Source: Archangiaceae bacterium (GTDB taxonomy: Bacteria > Myxococcota > Myxococcia > Myxococcales > Myxococcaceae). From it: 11,289 nucleotides of DNA. The position numbers were made by a program, and so were the translations under genes. Of this stretch, positions 4,412 to 11,289 are shown one piece after another. The notes under the pieces were generated by a model that worked only from the letters and a program-made list of their open reading frames with translations, had not been told where the DNA came from and searched no databases. The number at the start of each line of letters is the position of its first letter. Positions within the stretch are counted from its first letter, which is position 1. The stretch is taken from positions 1-11,289 of the forward strand of contig JAYVCD010000085.1 of assembly GCA_043750125.1 (NCBI GenBank). Direction: 5' to 3'.

Positions 4412-6964
4412 ATGTCACCTTCACCTCTGAAGTTCGTCGTCGCCGCCCTGGTCCTGCTGTTCGCCGGTTGTGGAGTCGAGCAGCCTGTCTCGCCGCCCGC
4501 CGCTTCGCACAAGGGGACCTCGTCGCTCGAGGCAGCCTTCGCGGACTCCGCGCGCGAATACCAGGTCCCGGTGCAGCTGCTGAAGGCCCTCGCCTACGTC
4601 GAGACCCGGGTCTCCCCCACCACCGGCGGCAGCGTGAACGGCGGCCACGGGGTGATGAACCTCGTCGAGCGCGACGACTGGAAGATGCTCTCGCGCGCCG
4701 CGGCTCTCACCGGCGTCGATGCGGCCCGGCTGAAGGTCGACCCGGTCGCCAACATCCGCGGCGCGGCCGCTGCGCTCCGCGAGCTGGGCGACAAGGCGTT
4801 CCGCCAGTACCCCGAGCTTTCGGCGGCGAACGTCGGCGACTGGTTCGAGGCCGTCTCGCTCTACCCCGGCATCGACTCGGCCTCCGTGGCCAATGAGTAC
4901 GCCGCCGACGTGTTCGTGCGGCTGGAGCAAGGCTTCGAGCAGGAATCGCTGGGCGGGACGGTGGTGCTCGAGCCTTCGGTGGCCGACTGGCGCCAGCACT
5001 CGACGGTCAGCGCCCGGAAAGACGCGCTGGGCGATTACCCCGGCATCGCGAGCTACAAGCAGTCGCCCAACTACACCGGGGGCCGCACCAACTACACCTA
5101 CGTGCTGATTCACACCACCCAGGGCAGCTACGCGGGCACGGTCAGCTGGTTCCTCAACTCGGCTTCCCAGGTTTCCGCGAACTACGTGGTGCGCAGCTCG
5201 GACGGGCAGATCACCCAGATGGTCGCCGACGGAAACACCGCCTGGCACGCCGAATGTTACAACAGCAAGAGCGTCGGCATCGAGCACGAGGGTTTCGTCG
5301 CCGCCCCCAGCACCTGGTACACGACCGCGATGTACACCGAGTCGGCCAAGCTGACCCGGTGGATCGCCGACCGCCACGGGATTCCGAAGGACCGCACCCA
5401 CATCATCGGGCACTACGAAGTCTCGAGCGCTTGCAACACCGGCGGTCACACCGACCCAGGCAGCGGGTGGAACTGGTCGAAGTACATGGCCCTGGTCCTG
5501 GGCTCGACCCCGGTCAACCCCGGCACCGGCACCTTCATCGGCGCGATCTACACCGGTGGTAACGCCGCCAGCCGCGTCGCTGGAGCCGTCGTCACCGTCG
5601 CTGGCCAGACCGTCACCACCGGCGTGGACGGAATCTACCAGTTCAACCTCGCCGCCGGCTCGTACACCGCCAGCGTCAGCAAGGGCGGCTTCGGCACCAA
5701 CACCGCCGTGCGCACCGTCGTCGCGGGCGCCCAGGTCTGGGGCTCGATGGAAATCAACCCGGTCGCCGCGTCTGGAACGCTGCGCGGGAAGATCTTCGCC
5801 TACAACGCCGCCAACCCGACTGACATGAGCGTGGCCATCACCGGCGCCGTCGTCACCACCGCAGGTCAGAGCGCCACCACCGCCGCCGACGGGAACTACT
5901 CGTTCAGCCTCGCGCCGGGCAACTACACGGTCACCGTCACCAAGGCCGGTTACTCGACCAACACCGCGGTTCGAATGGTCACCGCGACCGCCATCGTCTG
6001 GGGCTCGGTCGGCCTGACGGGAATGACGGGGCCCGACACTCAGGCGCCGACGCTCGCGCTCGAATTCCCCACCGACCCCAACCTGGCCGTCTTCGACCTC
6101 AAGGGGACGGTCAACGACAACGGCCCGGCGATCGCCAACGTCGACCTGTCGATCAACGGGGGCGCAGTCACCCACGTTCCGGTCGTCAACCACGCGTTCC
6201 TGATTGAAGTGAAGCTCAAGCCGGGCACCAACTCGATGAAGGTCTCGGCCAGGGACGCCGCTGGGAACGTCGGCAGCACCACGGCGAGCGCGACCTTCAA
6301 CGCCGGAGTCTCGGGCTTCATCTTCGTTTCCACCGACGAGGCGCAGCGGGTTGCCGGCGCGGTGGTTCAGCTGCGCGAAGCGGGCACCGGAGTCGTGGTT
6401 TCGACCGCGACCACCGATGCCACCGGCGCCTTCTCGTTGGCCACCTCGGCGGTCCCCGTCGACCACGTCCTCTACATCAAGGCCGACGGTTTCATCACCC
6501 AGTCCGAGACGGTCACCATTCCCGACGACATGCGCCTGACCAAGAACGTCGGCATCCGGGTCGGCCAGGACGTGCTCCCCACCGACGTGGGCGTGACCTT
6601 CACCGACCCGCTCGAAGGGTCGACGGTCACCACCGAGAGCGTCACGGTCTACGGAACGGTGAAGGGCTTCGAAGTCGCGACGGTGAAGATCAACGGAGTT
6701 CAGGCCGAGCTGCTGGGCGCGGGGGGCTTTACCGCCACCGTCCCGGTGATTGAGGGCGAGAACACCCTCGAGGCGATCGCCACCGGCCTGGCCAGCGAGA
6801 GCGCGCTGGGCAAGCTGAAGATCATCCGCAAGCTGGGCGGCAACTCGGTCAAGCCGAAAGACCCGGGGCAGATGATGGTCAAGGGTGGCTGCTCGTCGGT
6901 CGGTGGACTCGAGCTGATGGCGCTCGGAATGCTGGGCGCGATGCTGCGCCGCCGTCGCAACTAA
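4412..6964 (+). CDS. N-acetylmuramoyl-L-alanine amidase (Amidase_2 family) with N-terminal SLT/lysozyme-like domain, carboxypeptidase-regulatory-like and Ig-like domains, and C-terminal MYXO-CTERM
   Basis: AAGGA at 4400-4404 precedes ATG 4412. Lipobox FAGC (Cys20). Amidase_2 motifs: LIHTTQG (His 5111), SANYVV..DGQITQMV...TAWHA, N..SVGIEHEG (Glu 5282), IIGHYEV (His 5411), HTDPG (Asp 5453). Tail KGGCSSVGGLELMALGMLGAMLRRRRN matches MYXO-CTERM (GC motif, hydrophobic stretch, Arg cluster). Confidence 0.92.
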   Translation: MSPSPLKFVVAALVLLFAGCGVEQPVSPPAASHKGTSSLEAAFADSAREYQVPVQLLKALAYVETRVSPTTGGSVNGGHGVMNLVERDDWKMLSRAAALTGVDAARLKVDPVANIRGAAAALRELGDKAFRQYPELSAANVGDWFEAVSLYPGIDSASVANEYAADVFVRLEQGFEQESLGGTVVLEPSVADWRQHSTVSARKDALGDYPGIASYKQSPNYTGGRTNYTYVLIHTTQGSYAGTVSWFLNSASQVSANYVVRSSDGQITQMVADGNTAWHAECYNSKSVGIEHEGFVAAPSTWYTTAMYTESAKLTRWIADRHGIPKDRTHIIGHYEVSSACNTGGHTDPGSGWNWSKYMALVLGSTPVNPGTGTFIGAIYTGGNAASRVAGAVVTVAGQTVTTGVDGIYQFNLAAGSYTASVSKGGFGTNTAVRTVVAGAQVWGSMEINPVAASGTLRGKIFAYNAANPTDMSVAITGAVVTTAGQSATTAADGNYSFSLAPGNYTVTVTKAGYSTNTAVRMVTATAIVWGSVGLTGMTGPDTQAPTLALEFPTDPNLAVFDLKGTVNDNGPAIANVDLSINGGAVTHVPVVNHAFLIEVKLKPGTNSMKVSARDAAGNVGSTTASATFNAGVSGFIFVSTDEAQRVAGAVVQLREAGTGVVVSTATTDATGAFSLATSAVPVDHVLYIKADGFITQSETVTIPDDMRLTKNVGIRVGQDVLPTDVGVTFTDPLEGSTVTTESVTVYGTVKGFEVATVKINGVQAELLGAGGFTATVPVIEGENTLEAIATGLASESALGKLKIIRKLGGNSVKPKDPGQMMVKGGCSSVGGLELMALGMLGAMLRRRRN
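5582..6010 (+). repeat. Intragenic tandem duplication of a carboxypeptidase-regulatory-like domain (aligned cores about 5582-5749 and 5843-6010, offset 261 bp)
   Basis: GAVVTVAGQTVTTGVDGIYQFNLAAGSYTASVSKGGFGTNTAVRTVVAGAQVWGS aligns without gaps to GAVVTTAGQSATTAADGNYSFSLAPGNYTVTVTKAGYSTNTAVRMVTATAIVWGS. DNA identity is visible (gccgtcgtcacc, accaacaccgc, gtctggggctcg). Confidence 0.85.
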
Positions 6965-7003
6965 CCATCACCGCAGTTTCAAAGTGGTACACCTGCAGCG
7001 CCG

Positions 7004-7816
7004 ATGATGCTCTCGACGTTGCTGGTGTGCCTCGCGGTCGCCTCAGACAGTCCGAGGCAGATCGTCCTCACTCCAGAAGGCGGAGCGTTCCTGGTTCTTC
7101 GGGCCGCTCCCGCCCAGGGTGAATTGCCGCAAGCGCTGGTCGATGCGCGCAAGCTGGCCGAGAGCCTTCGCTACGAAGAGGCGGTGGTCGAATACCAACG
7201 CTACCTCGCGGTGGGCGAACGTCCCGCGCGAGAGCGAGCCGAGGCGCTGTTCGAGCTGGGCTTCATTCACCTCGTGTTGGGTGATGAAGCCAATGCCGAC
7301 ATCCGCGCCGCCACTGCGCTCGAGCTGGACCCGTCGCTCGAGCTGCCCGCTTCAGCCGCCGCGCGGCAAATCGACTTTCTGAACAAGGCGAGAAAGGACT
7401 TCATCACCCGGGCCAGGGTGCGGGTCGAGCCCCGCCTGGACGACGATGCTCCGGGCCTGGTGCGCGCCAAGCTTGCCGACCCCCAGAAGAAGGTGAAGCG
7501 GGTGTTGCTGCGTCACGCGATGGCGGCCACCGGACCTTTTCATTCCACCTTGATGCAGTGCACCGGCGACGCGTGCACCGCGGCCATTCCTCCGCCGGCG
7601 AACATCAACAGCTTCACCGCCTGGTACTACGTCGAGGCGCTCGACGAGGCCCAGCTGACCCTGGCGCGCGCTTCGAGCCCGGACCAGCCGCTGCAACTGG
7701 CCGTCGTCGGTCGCAAGAGCTGGTACCAGAGCCCGGTGGTGTGGGGGGTGGGCGGAGCGGCGCTGGTGGCGGTGGCGACCGTCGTCTACCTGCTCTCGCC
7801 GGCGCCTCCGCGCTGA
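7004..7816 (+). CDS. Exported TPR-containing protein with beta-sandwich domain and C-terminal membrane anchor
   Basis: Hydrophobic N-terminus (MMLSTLLVCLAVAS). TPR-like helices LRYEEAVVEYQRYL and AEALFELGFIHLVLGDEANADIRAATALELDP. Beta domain with VKRVLLRH...AAIP...WYYVEALD. Tail WYQSPVVWGVGGAALVAVATVVYLL. Start is ATG 7004 or ATG 7007. Confidence 0.82.
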   Translation: MMLSTLLVCLAVASDSPRQIVLTPEGGAFLVLRAAPAQGELPQALVDARKLAESLRYEEAVVEYQRYLAVGERPARERAEALFELGFIHLVLGDEANADIRAATALELDPSLELPASAAARQIDFLNKARKDFITRARVRVEPRLDDDAPGLVRAKLADPQKKVKRVLLRHAMAATGPFHSTLMQCTGDACTAAIPPPANINSFTAWYYVEALDEAQLTLARASSPDQPLQLAVVGRKSWYQSPVVWGVGGAALVAVATVVYLLSPAPPR

Positions 7817-7823
7817 AGAGAAG

Positions 7824-9512
7824 CTACTTCACCTGCCAGCGCTCGTTGTCGATGTCGTAGACCAGCATCGTGGTGCGGTCGGGCATCACCGGCCCCTTCC
7901 AGGTGACGGTCTTCTTTCCGTTCTCCATTCGCACGCTGACCACGTAGTTCCCGGACGAGACCTTTCGGTCGACCGGCCCGGGGCCCCAGTCGTCGCGGCC
8001 CACGATGATTCGGCTCACCACGCTCGCCGGAAGGGTGCCGATGCGCAGCCGCCCCTCACCCGAAGGGACCGCAACCGCCTCTTCCTCGGGGGCCGAGACC
8101 GGCCTGGGGTGTTCCTTCGCCGCGACCGCCGCCGGGGTCGCCTTCGGCCGGTGCCGCTCGAGCGTCGGCTTCACCACCGGCTCGGGGACGAACGCGTCGA
8201 CCTTCGCCGGCTCTTCGGGCTCGATCGCCGCGACGACCGGTCTGGCCTTCGGCTCGATTTCCACCGGTCGCGGCCGCGGCGGGGGCGGGGTGAGCCCCAC
8301 CGACGCCATGGGTCGGACCGCAGTGGGAGTGGCTCGAAAACCCCCGAGCACGAAGAGCGCGCCGACGGTGCCGATCGCCACTGCCAACAAGAACGCGACC
8401 GGCATCACCCACCCCGGCGGCCTCTTCACCGGCGGGGGCAGCACCAGCCCGGGCACCATCCGCTCGGTGTGTCTTCGGGGCCCGGGCGCACCCGGAGCGC
8501 TGACCGGAACAGGAGAAGGGGCGACCCGGGTCTCGGCCGCCGGAAGCGCGGCAATCACCGGAGGCCGGGACGAGGCCATCGGGCTGACTTCCCCCGCCGC
8601 GTCCACGTACCCGTAGAGCGACGAGTGCCCGACGCGAAAGCCTGAATCGTACGCCGCCTTCTCGAGCGCCTCGCGCATCGCCCGCGCGGTGGGCCAGCGA
8701 TCGTCCTGCTTGAGCTTCATCGAGCGCGAGAGCACTTCGTAGAAGCCGGGCGGAAGTCCGAAGAAGACTTTTTCCAGCGGTTCCCACTGCCCGCGGACCA
8801 GGGCTCCGTTGCGCTCGGCGTGGGTCTTGTGCGCGTCGAACGGGGTGTTCCCGCAGGCCAGCTTGTAGAGCGTGACGCCCAGCGAGAAGAGATCGCTGCG
8901 CCCGTCGAGCAGCTTCCCCATCGCCTGCTCGGGCGAGAAGTAGCCCGCCTTGCCCTTGGTGACTCCGGGGTTGGTCAGGTTGCGGTTGGTCGCCGCTTTC
9001 GCGATTCCAAAGTCGATCAGCTTCAGGCTGCCGGTCGAGGACAGCAGCAGGTTGTGGGGCGAGACGTCGCGGTGGACGAGGTTGACGTGCCCTCCTTCAA
9101 TCTTCAGCGCATGCACCGCCTCGAGCGCGCTGCAGCAGTAGATGCCGATCGCGAACAGCGCCTCGTCGGTGAAGCGTTCCTGGTGCTCGCGCAGGTGGCG
9201 ATTGACCGTCGCCAGGGTCTCGCCGGGGACGAGCTCCATCGCCATGTAGAGCAGGCCATCGGCTTCGCCCACCTCGTAGATGTGGACGATGTTCTGGTGC
9301 GAGAGGGTGCAGGCGGTGCGCGCCTCGTCGAGGAACATCTCGCGAAAATCGGCGGACTCCGAGTACTCGGGGCGAATGACCTTCAGCGCGACCGGGCGAA
9401 AGATGCCCGCGGTCAGCTCCTGGTCCGCTTTGTACACCTCGGCCATTCCGCCTTGCGCGAGCAGGCGGTTGATCCGATAGCGACCGACCTGTTGTCCGGG
9501 TTCAAACGGCAC
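7824..9512 (-). CDS. Membrane Ser/Thr protein kinase (Hanks type) with Pro-rich linkers and C-terminal PEGA-like domain
   Basis: GTG start. Motifs LAQGGMAEVY, VALK, MFLDEA, HRDVSPHN, DFG, KGKAGYFSPEQ, RSDLFSLG. TM helix at about 8340-8410 (WVMPVAFLLAVAIGTVGALFVLGG). C-terminal GRLRIGTLP...WGPGPV...VSSGNYVVSV is PEGA-like. Confidence 0.94.
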   Translation of the reverse strand: MPFEPGQQVGRYRINRLLAQGGMAEVYKADQELTAGIFRPVALKVIRPEYSESADFREMFLDEARTACTLSHQNIVHIYEVGEADGLLYMAMELVPGETLATVNRHLREHQERFTDEALFAIGIYCCSALEAVHALKIEGGHVNLVHRDVSPHNLLLSSTGSLKLIDFGIAKAATNRNLTNPGVTKGKAGYFSPEQAMGKLLDGRSDLFSLGVTLYKLACGNTPFDAHKTHAERNGALVRGQWEPLEKVFFGLPPGFYEVLSRSMKLKQDDRWPTARAMREALEKAAYDSGFRVGHSSLYGYVDAAGEVSPMASSRPPVIAALPAAETRVAPSPVPVSAPGAPGPRRHTERMVPGLVLPPPVKRPPGWVMPVAFLLAVAIGTVGALFVLGGFRATPTAVRPMASVGLTPPPPRPRPVEIEPKARPVVAAIEPEEPAKVDAFVPEPVVKPTLERHRPKATPAAVAAKEHPRPVSAPEEEAVAVPSGEGRLRIGTLPASVVSRIIVGRDDWGPGPVDRKVSSGNYVVSVRMENGKKTVTWKGPVMPDRTTMLVYDIDNERWQVK

Positions 9513-9518
9513 GGCGGC

Positions 9519-10865
<1,347 letters not shown>

Positions 10866-10927
10866 TTGCGTCGCCAACCTTAGCCGGACCCCGCTGGGAA
10901 GGGATCTGGCGTGCAGAGGTGGAAAAC

Positions 10928-10946
10928 TGTGGGGGTGCTCACCACA
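10928..10946. promoter_or_regulatory. Inverted repeat TGTGG-N9-CCACA, candidate operator upstream of the FHA regulator
   Basis: Arms at 10928-10932 and 10942-10946 have the same spacing as the site at 81-99. The right arm lies within the last codons of the DUF2804-like gene. Confidence 0.3.
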
Positions 10947-11289
10947 AGATGTCTTGATCTTCGGTCACTCCCGCCAGGTTCTCGACCGGGTGGGCCCGCC
11001 CGTCGATGGTGATCAACCCCTCGAACAGCCCGACCGGCTGAACGAACCAGCTTCTCACCAGCTTGAGGTCCCGGTCTTCGCGGTGCATCGCGATCGGCTT
11101 GAAGGTGAGCTGCACCGCTCCGTCGTCGGTCGACACTTCCCACTTGTCCAGCGGCTCGTTCTTGTTCCAGACGAAGTGAGCGCGAGACAGCGGGATCAAC
11201 CGGTTGCCGACCCAGAGCGCGTTCTCATTCACGTCTTCGCGCGACTCGTTGAAACCCTCGACCAGGTTGAGGCCAATCGGCGTTCCGTC
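10939..11289 (-). CDS. DUF2804-family protein, C-terminal part (gene runs off the window edge)
   Basis: The frame is open to the window end: DGTPIGLNLVEGFNE...ENALWVG...WEVSTDDGAVQLTFKP...FVQPVGLFEG...GVTEDQDILW*. The GLNL..G.NE, ENALW, QP.G.F.G and terminal G..E.....W pattern is recalled for DUF2804. Confidence 0.75.
   Translation of the reverse strand, partial: DGTPIGLNLVEGFNESREDVNENALWVGNRLIPLSRAHFVWNKNEPLDKWEVSTDDGAVQLTFKPIAMHREDRDLKLVRSWFVQPVGLFEGLITIDGRAHPVENLAGVTEDQDILW

Noticed and set aside
4421-6466. 681-aa ORF on the - strand
   Set aside because: It lies entirely antisense to the well-supported hydrolase gene and has no recognisable motifs. It is a typical shadow ORF from high-GC codon bias.

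Overview
High-GC window with hallmarks of Myxococcota: a MYXO-CTERM sorting tag, DAG/DGG-linker Cys-rich lipoprotein, PEGA-type Hanks kinases and an FHA-enhancer-binding protein. Two gene blocks converge. The + strand encodes (1) a membrane Ser/Thr kinase with an N-terminal degenerate pseudokinase, (2) a membrane-anchored TPR protein, (3) a Cys-rich lipoprotein, then after a structured 230-bp spacer (4) a large peptidoglycan hydrolase (SLT/lysozyme-like + Amidase_2 + five beta-sandwich domains, N-terminal lipobox and C-terminal MYXO-CTERM) and (5) a second anchored TPR protein. The - strand encodes the 3' end of a DUF2804-like gene, an FHA-AAA+-HTH regulator lacking the GAFTGA sigma54-contact motif, and a second membrane Ser/Thr kinase. 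A TGTGG-N9-CCACA palindrome lies upstream of the first kinase and again upstream of the regulator. The cluster may be a eukaryote-like transmembrane phospho-signalling circuit linked to a surface cell-wall hydrolase (inference). No rRNA, tRNA, CRISPR array or mobile element was seen. All family calls come from motif recognition by eye, not database searches.
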